This document shows positions 26,022 through 38,499 of a stretch of DNA of 64,000 nucleotides, in pieces; the first letter of the stretch is position 1; each line of letters starts with the position of its first letter. Under the pieces are notes generated by a model. That model was not told the origin of the DNA and did no database searches. It saw nothing but the letters and a program-made list of their open reading frames with translations. A program made the translations under genes and the position numbers. Origin of the DNA: Torpedo marmorata (taxonomy: Eukaryota); the NCBI GenBank assembly GCA_977017645.1, contig OZ360238.1, positions 85,312,001-85,376,000 on the forward strand, given 5' to 3'.

Positions 26022-29000
26022 TATCAGAATCAGAATTTATTGTCATGAACAAGTCATGAAATTCGGTGTTTTGCGGCAGCATCATAGTGCAAACATTCAT
26101 ATTATAACTATCTTACGACATTACTATAAAAAATATAAATAATAGTGCACGAAAAGTAAGGCAGTGTCTTTGGTTCATTGATTATTCAGGAATCTGATGG
26201 CAGCAGGGAAGAAGCTGTCCTTGTGCCATTGAGTGTTCGTCTTTAGGCTCCTGTACCTTTTTCTCGATGGTAGCAGAGTGAAGAGGGCATTTGCCTACCC
26301 TGGAGGGCATGGCCTGGGTGGTGGGGGTCTTTGAGGATAGAGGCTGCTTTTTTAAGACACCTCCTCATGTAGATGTCCTCGATGGAGTGAAGTCTGGTGC
26401 CTGTGATGTCACAGGCCGAGTTAACAACCCTCTGGAGTTTATTCTTGTCCTGAGAGTTGGCGCCTCCATACCAGGCAGTGATGCAACAAGCCAGAATGCT
26501 CTCCACGGTACACCTGTAGAAGTTTACGAGAGTCTTCGGTGACATACCGAATCTCCTCAGACACCTCACAAAGTATAGCCGCTGGCGAGCCTTCTTTGCG
26601 ATTGCATCAACATGGAGGCTCCAGGACAGATCCTCGGAGATGTTGACACCCAGGAATTTGAAGTTCTTGACCCTCTCCACTACTGAGCCCTCGATGAGGA
26701 CTGGGTCGTGTTCCCCTGACTTCCTCCTGAAGTCCACAATCATCTCCTTGGTTTTTCTGACGTTGAGTGCAAGGTTGTTGTTGTTACACCATTCAATGAG
26801 CTGATCTACCTCCCTCCTGTACGCTTCCTCATTGCCGTTTGTGATTCTGCTGACAACTGTGGTGTCATCGGCAAACTTGTAGATGGCATTGGAATTGTGC
26901 CTGGCCACACAGTCATGGGTGTATAACGAGTAGAGCAGTGTGCTAAGCACGCATCCTTGGGGTGCGCCTGTGTTGATAATCAGTGAGGAGGAGACGTTGT
27001 TTCCAATTCGTACTGACTGTGGTCTTCCGATGAGAAAGTCAAGGATCCAGTTGCAGAGTGGGGTACAGAGGCCTAGAGTTTGCAGCTTCTTGACCAGCAC
27101 TAAGAGAATAATGGTATTAAAGCTGTAGTCGATGAAGAGCAGCCGTATGTATGAATTGCTGTTTTCGAGGTGATCCAGAGCTGAGTGGAGAGCCAGCGAT
27201 ATTGCATCTGCTGTGGAGCGATTGTGACGATAGGCGAATTGCAGTGGGTCCAGATCTTTGCTTAGGTACGTGTTAATTCTGGCCATGACCAGCCTCTCAA
27301 AGCATTTCATCACAGTAGAAGTGCGTGCTACTGGGCGGTAGTCATTGAGGCAGCTCACACTACTCTTCTTGGGTACTGGGATGATTGATGCCCTTTTGAA
27401 GCAGGTGGGAACCTTTGTCTTCCGCAATGAGAGGTTGAAAATGTCCGTGAATCAAGATTCTTTTATGCACTTATCAGAAGCAAATGATAATATTTTAATC
27501 GGTGGGGATTTTAATTGTTGTTTTGATCCAATAATAGATAAAACATCGAAATCAACTATTAGAACTAAAACTGCGAAAATAATTTTTTTTTGATGAAAGA
27601 TTTGAATTTAATAGATATTTGGAGGAAGTTGAATCCAAGAGAAAAAGATTATTCCTTTTATTCTTTTAGACATGATTCTTATTCTAGAATAGACATGTTT
27701 TTATTGTCATCACAATTAGAAGATAGAGTGACTCAAGCACAATATAAAGCAAGAATAATTTCTGATCACTCGCCTCTAATAATGTCATGTATAATTCCAG
27801 AAAAAGAAAAATATATATATACTGTAGATGGAGATTAAATTCTTCTTTATTGAAAAGAACGGATTTTTGTAATTATATAAGAAGAAAAATTCAAGAATTT
27901 TTACAGATTAACTCTAATTCGATTGACAATAAATTTATTATTTGAGAAGCTCTAAAGGCTTATTTAAGAGGTCAAATAATAAGTTATTCAGCAAAAGTTA
28001 AGAAGGAATATGTTCAGGAATTAGATAATTTGGAGAAGGAGATTGAGTTTCTGGAGAAAGATTTGCAAAAGAAGAGATCAGAAGAAAAGAGGAGGAATTT
28101 AATCGAAAAAAAATGGTATTATAATACGTTACAAACATATAAAATGGGAAAATTAATTGAAAGAACTAAGCAAAGATATTATGAATTGGGAGAAAGAGCG
28201 CATAAAGTGTTGGCGTGGCAATTAAAGAAAGAACAAACTTCTAGAACTATAAATGCCATAAAAAAGAATTCAAAGAAAATAACATATAAACCTCGAGAAA
28301 TAAATGATTCCTTTAGGGAATTTTATTTAAATTTATATAAATCCCAAACTGATAAAGATAATTCTAAAATTAATGCATTTTTATCTAAAATTAAGTTACC
28401 TAGATTGAATATTCAAAATAAAGAACTTTTAGATTCATCATTTACGATGAGAGAAGTTAATGATGTTCTCAGTTCTTTAACAAGTGGAAAATCTCCGGGG
28501 GAGGATGGTTTCCCACCAGAATTTTATAAGGAATTTAAGGATTTATTGATACCTCCATATATGGAGATGTTAAAACAAATAACGGAAACTCATTCTCTAC
28601 CGGAAACATTTTCAAATGCAATAATAACAGTTATACCTAAAAAAGATAGAAATTTGTTGAAAATAGAATCATATAGACCAATTTCATTGTTAAATGTGGA
28701 TTATAAGACAATGGCGAAAATTTTAGCAAATAGAGTGGCTAAATATTTATCAGATTTAATTCATGTAGATCAAGCAGGTTTTATTAAGAATAGATATTCA
28801 AAAGATAATATAGCCAGGTTAATCAGTTTAATAAATGTGGCACAAAAGAAAGAGGAATTAACATTATTATTAACATTAGATGCTGAAAAGGCTTTTGATA
28901 GATTAGAGTGGAATTATTTATTTAAAGTATTGGAAAAATTTGGTTTTGGAACTACATTTATTAATTGGATTAAAACTATATATAAAGAACCTTCTGCCAG

Positions 29001-31443
29001 AGTGGTGACAAATGGACACATTTCTTCAAAATTTTTGTTGACTAGGTCGACTAGACAAGGATGTCCTTTGTTACCAGCATTGTTTATTTTAGCAATAGAA
29101 CCTTTGGCAGAATTAATTAGACAAGATATTAAGATTGTAGGTATTAAGGTTGGAAGAGAAGAGTATAAAATTAGTTTATTTTCAGATGATGTATTGATTT
29201 ATATGACAAAACCCATTACTTCTTTAATACAATTGAATGTTTTATTGAAAGAATACGGGGAGATATCTGGTTATGATTAATTCTGATAAAAGTGAAATTA
29301 TGGCATTGACACAAGGGGATTATAGTAAATGTAAAGAAATTACACAATTTAAATGGTCAAAGGAAGGAATTAAATATTTGGGAATAAAGACTGATACAAA
29401 ATTAGCTAATTTATATAAATTAAATTATTTACCATTATTTATGAAAATTAAAAAAGATTTAGAAAGTTGGAAGGATTTACCTATAACTTTAATAGGAAGG
29501 GTAAATTGTATTAAAATGAATGTCTTTCCAAGAATTCAATATCTTTTTCAATCAATTCCTTATGAAATTCCTCAGAAATTCTTCAAAGATTTAAATTTAA
29601 TTATTAGGAAGTTTTTGTGGAAAGGAAAGTTAGCTAGAGTAGGTATGGAGAAATTAACTTGGAATTATGAAATGGGTGGTTTACAACTTCCTAATTTTCA
29701 AAATTATTATAAAGCAGCTCAATTAAAATTTATTAATGAAATGTTTGATTTTGGAAAATCTTTTGCTTGGATTAGAATATAATTAAATAATATAGGAGAA
29801 GATTTGAAAGAAGAAGTTATTTATAAATGGAATTCTAAATTAGTATTAATAAGAGGGAAAAATTCTCCTATTTTTAAACATTTGTTAGAAATATGGAATA
29901 GAGTGGATAGAGAGATAGGAGGGAAAGGGTTAATTTCTCTAAAAATGCCTTTATATCAAAATAATCAATTATTTAAAATTTGGTTCCAAAAGGGAATTAA
30001 GTAAATAAATGATTGTTTTGAATCTAGTAAATTTATTACTTTTCAAAGAATGAAAGAAAAGTTTAATGTATAAAATAATACACTTTTTGCTTATAACCAA
30101 ATCAAAGCATTTTTAGTTGGAAAGTTGGGTTATAGTTTGACTTTACCAAGACAAAGTGAACTGGAATTATTAGTTTCTAATGGAGGTGTAAATAAATTTA
30201 TTTCTCAAATGTATAGATTGTTACACAGAAAAATGCCTAAAGTAGGAATTCACAAGTCAAGATTAAAATGGGAATCAGATCTGAATGTAACAATAGATGA
30301 AGAACATTGGAAAGAATTATGTAAACTAAGTATGACAAAGATTATTAACGTTAGTGCAATATAATTTTTTTCATCAATTATATTTAACACCGAAAAAAAT
30401 TAAAGAAATTTAATCCGACATTATCTGGTTTATGTTTTAGATGTAATAGAGAGGAAGGTTCTTTTGTACACTCTACTTGGTTTTGTCCAAAGATATATGA
30501 TTTTTGGTTGAAAGTCAAAAAGTTTTTAGACAAAGTATTAAGAATTACACTCCCAATGGACCCTATGATATTTTTGTTTGGAGATATTAAAAGAATTAGT
30601 ATTAAGATGAAATTAAATATGTATCAAATAGAAATTTTGCGAATTGCTTTAGCTGTTTCTAAGAAATGCATTGCTATTACATGGAAATCTGATGTAGATT
30701 TAGGGTTAGATAGATGGCATGCAGAACTTCGTTCAGCTATACCACTTGAAAAAATTACTTATAATTTACGTAATAAATATCTTTTTTTTAAAAATATGGA
30801 GCCCATATATAAAAACGGTTGGTTTAAGGATTTGAAGATCTCTGGATATCAGATCTGACTGGTGAACCTATCCTCCACAATAAAATCATCTTATAGTTGT
30901 TCTTTTTTTAGATTGACATTCTCCTTATTCTATCTTTTTCTTTCTTTTTTATTTTTATTTTAGTAGATTAGTAGGGATGGGAGGGTTAGGGAGGGGAGGG
31001 AGGGCGGGGGTTGAAAATGTATCACAAGTATTTTGATAATTTCATATTTTACCTTATGTATTTTGTGATTTTATATTTAAAAAAAATTTAAAAAAAGAAA
31101 ATGTCCGTGAACACTCCGGCTAGTTGGTTGGCGCAGATTTTCAGTACCCTGCCAGGTACGCCGTCAGGGCCTGACGCCTTGTGAGGGTTCACCCTCTTGA
31201 ATGATGTTCTGACGTCGCCCTCAGAGACATGATATCACAGGGTCCTCAGCCTTTTCAGGGATTCTAGTAGGCACTGTTTGGTTCTTCTTCTCAAAGCGGG
31301 CATAGAAGGTGTTCAGCTCATCGGGTAGTGAAGCATCACAGCCACCTATAGTGTTCGCCCTTGCTTTGTAGGCTGTGACGGCCTGCACTCCCTGCCATAG
31401 CTGGTGTGTATCTGTCTCTGTCTCTAGCTTCCTCCGGAATTGT
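26022..31443 (-). mobile_element. Rex1/Babar-type LINE (young, RT largely open at 26243-27427), split by an L1 insertion
   Basis: [27 protein letters not shown] and KFADDTTVV motifs; (TCTGAT)n tail; continues at 31112-31443 beyond the TSD; 3' part nearly identical to 63035-63807. Confidence 0.93.
27452..31096 (+). mobile_element. L1-clade LINE, 3.6 kb, 5'-truncated within the endonuclease domain
   Basis: GGDFN, SRID and SDHSP endonuclease motifs, RT and CCHC; 15-bp TSD GAAAATGTCCGTGAA at 27437-27451 and 31097-31111; same family as 12940-16229. Confidence 0.97.
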
Positions 31444-32305
31444 CAGGTCGTGCCTGCGGAAGGCCATCTCTGCCCCAAGGTACTTGGATACTGTGATGTC
31501 AAGCCGCATAAAGGAGATTTGCAGACAAAGCGGTAGATTTTAAGGAAAATTTTTCAAAAGGCATTTGGAGAGTTCTCACACAAATTGGCTGCTTCATGAA
31601 AGAACAGGTCCCAGGGTTGATGCAGATACATTAGCATAGATGGAGATTGGTTAAAAAACAGACAGTAAAGAATAAGAGGAAACAGCTCTCTTTTAAGTTG
31701 ACAGCTTGCTGCTTTTAGGATGCCAGAAGGTCCTCAGCAACTTCCAGGGCATATTAATTACTTGGAGCAGTGATTCTGGGTCTGAGCCAAGGTGAACTTG
31801 TTTTGTGTTTGGAGAGTGTTTGTCTCCTTGACACAATTGCCTGCCACTGTACTCGGTGACGGGGTGGATGGTCCCTCTCCGTATCTGCCCCCGCTCCCTG
31901 GGTACTGGAGGAGGAGAGGGGGTTCATGCTTTTACTCCAGAGGTCAGCTGGACGTCCCATGTTTTCAAGGTTGGAGGAGAGGAGCAAAATTTGAGGGGAG
32001 CGGGTGGTTGCCGCTGAGATGGTGAAGGGGAAGGGAAGTCAGCAGTCAGAGAGGGGTCTCATTTTGGGGAAAAGCGAGAGGCCCATGACGAGAGGGAAGG
32101 CAAACCGGAAGGAGGGTTGTGGGAGGGACGTGGATAGGGCTAGTGGGAAATAGGAAGGGGTAGTGGGTAAGGGAATGAGAGCAAGGGGAAGGGGACTGAG
32201 GGAGGAGGTTAGGGGAGGAGGAGAGGGCATCAGTGCAGCTGAGGAAAAAGGATGAGAGCGTATCCATGTGTGGCTATTTCCAAAGGTTGTACAGCAGGAA
32301 GAATT

Positions 32306-32720
32306 CCATAGAACCATAGAAAACGACAGCACAGAAAACAGGCCATTCGGCCCTTCTAGTCTGTGCCGAAACATTATTCCGCTAGTTCCACTGACCTGCA
32401 CTCATTCCATAACCCTCCAGACCTCTCCCATCCATGTATCTATCTAATTTATTCTTAAAACTTAAGAGTGAGCCCGCATTTACCGCATCAGATGGCAGCT
32501 CGTTCCAAACTCCCACCACTCTCTGAATGAAAAAGTTCCCCCTAATGTTCCCCCTAAACCTTTCCCCTTTCACCCTAAAGCCATGTCCTCTCGTATTTAT
32601 CTCTCCCAATCTAAGTGGAAAGAGCCTACTCGCATTTACTCTGTCTATACCCCTCATAATTTTATAAGCCTCTATCAAATCTCTCCTCATTCTTCTACGT
32701 TCCAAGGAATAAAGTCCTTC
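32306..32720 (-). mobile_element. CR1, young 3' fragment
   Basis: Open ORF2 C-terminus 32382-32705; CTATGGTT tail. Confidence 0.92.
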
Positions 32721-33064
32721 ACTGAGATGGCAGCAAGATCAAGGCAGGAAACAAGGGTAGGTTTGAAATTGAATCATTGCCTCATCAATGGGGCCAAATT
32801 AATTCAGTTAACGTTGCAGATGATGGGAGACATAAACAGAAAATGCTGGAAACACTCAGGCAACATCCGTGGAAAGAGAAACAGTAAAAGTACTGGGTCT
32901 GCAGCCCTGGTTGGAACTGGGAAAGAGAGAGAGAGGCAAGGTAGTTTTCATAGGAGAAGGTGGGGGAAGGATATGTAGAACAAAGGGAATGGTTGTGATA
33001 GGACAAGGTGAGATGGCTTCATGGTGGCAAATAACCAGTCCGTGAATTTTCTTGCTCTGTGCAA

Positions 33065-33880
33065 TGTTATTAATAAGAGGGAAGAATTCTCCTATTTTTA
33101 AATATTTGTTAGAAATATGGAATAGAGTGGATAGTGAGATAGGAGGGAAAGGCTCGATTTCCTGAAAAATGCCTTTATATCAAAATAAACTTATTCCATT
33201 TACTGTTGATAATCAATTATTTAAAATTTGGTTCCAAAAGGGAATTAAGAAAATAAATTATTAAGAAAATAAATGATTATTAAAAGAATTAGTATTAAGA
33301 TGAGATTAAATATGTATCAAATAGAATTTTTGTGAATTGCTTTAGCTGTTTCTAAGAAATGCATTGCTATTACATGGAAATCTGATGTAGATTTAGGGTT
33401 AGAAAGATGGCATGCAGAACTTCGTTCAGCTATACCACTTGAAAGAATTACTTATAATTTACGTAATAAATACCATTTCTTTTTGAAAATATGGAGCCCA
33501 TATATAAAAGCTGTTGGTTTAAGGATTTGAAGATCTCTAGACATCGGATCTGTCTGGCGAACCTATCCTCCACAATAAAATCCGTTTATAGATGTACTTT
33601 TTAGATTGACATTCTCCTTACTCCATCTTTTTCTTTCTTTTTTAAAATTATTTTAGTAGATTAGTATGGGCTCCCCGTGCTTTCGGCGTGGTTGTCGGCT
33701 GGGCCGTTCAGTGTACTGTGCGACTCGACTGCACCTCATCGGTGAGCCGGTGTGAGTCAGGGGGGTGGGAGGGGAGGGAGGGAGGGGGGGGGTGAAAATG
33801 TATCACATGTATTTTGATAATTTTATATTTTATTTTATGTACTTCGTGATTTAAAATTTTAAATAAAATATTTTTTTAAA
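33065..33880 (+). mobile_element. L1 3' fragment with an internal deletion and a 93-bp foreign insert
   Basis: Aligns to 29845-30012, then jumps to 30585-31090 of the neighbouring copy. Confidence 0.9.
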
Positions 33881-35344
33881 GTTATACAGCAGGGAAACAG
33901 GCCCTTTGGCCCATCTCATCCAAGCCAGCCAGATTGCTCGTCTGAGCTCGTTCCATTTTCCTGCGCATCCCTCCAACAATGTCGTTTCCTGTCCAGGCTT
34001 TTCTTTCATGTTATATTTGTCCTCACCGCTGCCACTTCCTTTGACTGCTTGTTAAATGTACCTAGCTGCTCTTTTATAAAGAAGGTGTCCCCTCAGGTCC
34101 CTTTTAAATCTTCCCTCCTCGCTCGCGTTAAACCTGTACCCTCTAGTTTTAGACTTTCCTACCCTGGGGAAAAGATCACTATTCACCTTATCTATGCTCG
34201 ATAGACTAGGGGAAGATAGACATGAGCTACAAGGTTTTGAAAGAAGTCAATTATAGAAAAGCTGCAAGGTGTTTTTTTTTAAGATTCCGGAGTTCCGTAA
34301 TAATCCAGGCCCGGTTCCCCATTCAATAAACACATCACTGTGGTGCATTAATTGACCACTGTTCATTTTGTTGAATCTGGAATTATGGCACGCACAAAAT
34401 GGCTGCAAGATATTCATCGGTAACAGCTAATGCAAAAGTACTTCTTTGAATGTGAACTGGTTTGAAATGTTTCCTGAGACGTAGGATAAAGTGTTAGTTA
34501 TCTCCATGAGATAAAAAAGTACCACTATGCATGCCTGACAGCACTCACTCAGCTTGAACTGAAGTCAAAAGAGATTCCACGATAGATGGTATCAAATTAT
34601 TTACAATTGTTGCAGAGCTTCTTAAGTCTGCAGAGAAGTGTCAGTAAACATTCCTTCTGGGCTTAAGTCTATCTTAGGGAAAGAATGCTGTTCCATTTCA
34701 GGACTGCAGTTTAAATCTGATGCACAGTGCTTCTGTTAAGTTGTTTTGTTATTAAGGCAGCACTGGAATGAGCCCTGGCTCTCATTGGAAGATTCTCTCA
34801 AGATTCACTTGCATCTCGTGAGTGACACAAAATCAGGACCCACTCCCCAGTCCAGCACTGGGAAGGGTGCTGCACTGTCAACAACACCAGCTCCATCTTT
34901 CATGAATTCCTCAAGCACTTTACCAACACTGTTTTAATACACAAAAGTGCTGGAGAAACTCTGCAGGTCACGTGGCGTTCTTGGGAAGCAAAGATATATA
35001 GCCAATGTTTCGAGTATAGTGTCCTTCCATTACCGGGCATAGAGGGGCTGAGACCGAGGGGGAGCCCCTCAAACAACAGAGTGGGGAGAAGCGACAAGAT
35101 GCCACAGTGGTGGTAATGGTGTAAGTAGAAATGAATGTAACTATGTACAGTGGTGGAAATGCATAGATACGAAACTAAAGGTGGGAAAAGACCGAACGGT
35201 TTTCCTTTAGTAAATAATTTATTGTGAATAAAATATATTTTTTGTAAAAGAAAATGTACTCTTGAACCCTCAACACGACCCCAACATCCGCAGATATACT
35301 TGTTTAAAAATTTTGGCGCATCTGTACATTGTATTGACGTTATT

Positions 35345-35586
35345 TTAAATTTTGAGATACAGCGCAGTAACAGGCCCTTCTGGCCCATGAGTCCATGCTG
35401 CCCAAATACACCCATGTGACCTAATTAACCTTCTAACCCCATACGTCTTTGGAACATGGGAGGAAACCGGAGCACCTGGGGAAAATGGGGAGAACGTACA
35501 AACTTCTTACAGACAGCGCTGGATTCGAACCCAGGTTGCTGGTGCTGTATTAGTGTTGCGTTAACCGCCACGCTAACCGTGCTGCC
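35345..35586 (-). mobile_element. tRNA-derived V-type SINE
   Basis: GGATTCGAACC (B-box complement) and conserved core. Confidence 0.85.
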
Positions 35587-35884
35587 GTCACTGACCACTA
35601 CACTAATGATGCTGCCCTTATTGTACGTTCATATATATGACAATGAACTCTTGTTATTACAATCTCCACATTCCTTGATTCTCAATCCACAGAAATCTTT
35701 ATCAATCTCTGTTTTGAATGAACCCAACTGTGACAATCTGCCTAGCCCTCGATTCCTCAGCCAGAGGAAACATACTCCCTGCATCCAAACGGCTAACACC
35801 TTGAAAAATCATGCAGGTTTCAATGAGATCAGTTAGGAAACTCCAGGTTAGTATTTCTCAATCTGTGCTCTGGACCATTGGTGG

Positions 35885-37412
35885 CCCAACAATGTTATTA
35901 CCGAAACCTAGTGATATTGGAATTTTGATTCGGAATAGACACATAAAGAAATTTGCTTCAGCCATGTATACTTTACTACAAAAAGGAACTTCAAAAAAAG
36001 GGATTCATAGGTCTTGACAAAGATGGGAGATGGATTTGAGTATTAATATTGACGAACAAAATTGGTCAGAGTTATGTCGAGATAGTATGACAAATACAAT
36101 AAATGTCAGGTATAGATTGGTTCAATATAATTTTTTACACCAACCATATATTACACCACAGAAATTGAAAAGGTTAATATCAGACTTATCAGATCAATGT
36201 TTTACACGTAATCAGGAAATAGGTACTTTTCTACATTCAACTTGGTCTTACCCTAAAGTAAGACCTTTTCGGATAGACTTAAAAACCTTTTTTAAGGATG
36301 ACTTATCTGAGCTTGGAGAAAATTAGATATAATATTAAAGATAGAAAGTTTCAATTTCTAAAGATATGGGGCCCATTTATAGAATACTATCATGATTGGA
36401 AGAATTAGTAGACGAGAATGTTCTGAGGATTCTCTGTCCGAGGTCTGGAGATCGCTATCTGATCCATTTTCTCTTTTCTCTTTGTTATAAAGGTAACCTT
36501 TTATAGAGGGAGGGGTTAGATTAGAATTAGCTTTTAGAATTGTTTATTTTTTGGGAATTTAAAAAAAATATTTTACATTTTAGTCAATAATTTGGAATAT
36601 GAGTTTTAACATGAATTTATAACATATTCATAACTTGTTCTATATTTAAACTTGGGAACTGGTTAATGTAGTTTCATTTGCTTGTTTTTCCTTTGAATTT
36701 GTATGATTATATGTTTTCATTTTTTTCTTGTATATTTGTTTATATGTTAAACTCAATAAAATTATTTTAAAAAGAAAGAAAAACCTTTTTAGAGCAGATT
36801 ATGGGAATTAAATTTCCACAAGATCCAACGTTGTTTTTATTAGGTAATATTGAGGGGATAAGGTCTAAATTGAAATTAAATATGTATCAAAAAGAATTTA
36901 TAAAAATCACATTAGCAGTAGCAAAAAAATGTATAGTAGTAACTTGGAAATCAGACTCCCATTTGGGTATGGAATGGTGGAATACAGAAATGCGTAGTTG
37001 TATCCCACTTGAGAAGATTACTTACAATTTAAGAAACAAATATGATGTATTTTTGAAAATTTGGCGCCCATATTTACAAACTGTAGGAATAAATTTATAG
37101 ATTTCTCCACCCCGAGTACCTCGTTAACGTCCTTGAGAGAATTAGGGAAAAAAAAGTAACTAATTAGAACCGTGTGGTAGGTAGCGACTTCTTACCATCC
37201 AGGTTACTTTGTCTTTCTTCATACTTTTCTTTTTTATTTCTTTTCTTTCTTCCTTTCTGGGGTTTTAGTTTGCGGGGAGGGGGGAGGGGGTTCAGGATTT
37301 ATACCATCATGTATAAATAAAGTAATAATAATAACTTAATATTTTATTATGTATTTTACAAATTATACATGTATGGATGAAAATTTCTTAAATAAAATAT
37401 TCAAAAAAAAAA
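35885..37412 (+). mobile_element. L1 3' fragment (second subfamily) containing a nested shorter L1
   Basis: TINVRYRLVQYNFLH..IPLEKITYNLRNK; poly(A); 14-bp TSD TGGACCATTGGTGG at 35871-35884 and 37413-37426. Confidence 0.92.
36293..36778 (+). mobile_element. Short 5'-truncated L1 (third subfamily) nested in an L1
   Basis: LEK.RYN..F.KIW.PF coding end, T-rich 3' UTR, AATAAA; TSD AAAAACCTTTTT at 36281-36292 and 36779-36790. Confidence 0.9.
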
Positions 37413-37620
37413 TGGACCATTGGTGGTCTGTGGGCTTGTTACAGAGTCATAGAGTCATAATTGGAGTCATGGGAGTCATGTAGTCATGGGAGTCATTAGA
37501 GTCTGCGTTTGTTTTAGGTGGTCCACAGTGAGTAAAGGAACAGTTAACATGGACTGTAGGGAGGGGTCGGCCAGGGGAATGGTTGAGATCTTCTGCTCCA
37601 CAAAATATAGTCTCAGTCCG

Positions 37621-38484
37621 GAAGATGGCCGCGCTGCCGGAGCCGCTGTAGCAGCAGCGCTGCCGCTGGTGCGGACCCGCGAGGAGCGTGGGAGCGGAGA
37701 TACAGCGCTCCCGCGGGGTCCAGCCGCCCAGTCGACTGCCGTCGGTTCCGCACGGGCTTTGAACAGCCCGTTAAAGGAGCCGACGGTGGTTTTATTTAAG
37801 ATCCCGCGACCGCGGGGTCTGCGCCCAAGATGGCAGCGCCTATTAACCGGCAGCAGCCACGAGGGGCTGCAGACTCCGGGGAAGCGGGGGACTGGAGCAG
37901 GGCGCCAGTGGACGGGAAGATCACCCCCGTCTGAGAAGGAGAAGCGGAGGAGACGACCCATGGGACGGTGACCACGGCGGCGGACCAGTGAGGGGCTCTG
38001 AGGCTGAAGGACCAGTGCATGCGGCGGGCTGCTGGCGACTCGAGGCGAGGAACCCGCGGAGGCTGTGGGCTGCTGGAGACTGCTGTCGGGGGATTCACGA
38101 CGGGCTGCGGACTGCTGGAGGTTGGCTCGAACTGGCTGGAGGAGAACCAGGTATCGGAACCGGGATGGGAAGGGGTGCCGAGGGCGACCTGACCGTGTTG
38201 GAGGTTCGGATCTGGAGCTCGGGATGCCGATCGTTTGGAGTGGACTCTGTGTGGCTGCGGAAGCGCTGGAGGCGAATCTATGGATACTCGGTGACTCTGG
38301 GGGGACTCTCTTTTGCTTCTCTTTCTCTGACTGTAAGGAATGTTGGAGGCGCCTAGGCAATTTCTGCCGATGGCGAATCTGTCTGCCTTGGAGCAGGCAA
38401 AAAGAAATTTCTTGGTATATGACACTGTCGTATTGCTGTGACAATAAATTGAATCTTGAATCTTGAATCTTGAATCTTGAATCT
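37621..38484 (+). mobile_element. GC-rich non-autonomous retroposon, copy 2 (CpG-rich, probably younger)
   Basis: Begins GAAGATGGCCGC; ends TGACAATAAA plus (TTGAATC)n. Confidence 0.85.
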
Positions 38485-38499
38485 ATCCTGGTGTGAGAA

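Noticed and set aside
26243-30858. Prokaryotic RT systems (retron, DGR, group II intron)
   Set aside because: All RTs carry non-LTR LINE motifs, tails and TSDs typical of vertebrate retrotransposons
31750-32290. Possible exon or element in a purine-rich GC stretch
   Set aside because: No recognisable protein motif, splice structure or termini; could not be classified
33667-33759. Functional hammerhead or C/D snoRNA call for the insert
   Set aside because: Core is CCGATGA rather than CTGATGA, there is no UH after stem III, and the C/D boxes are not terminally placed; kept only as an unexplained insert
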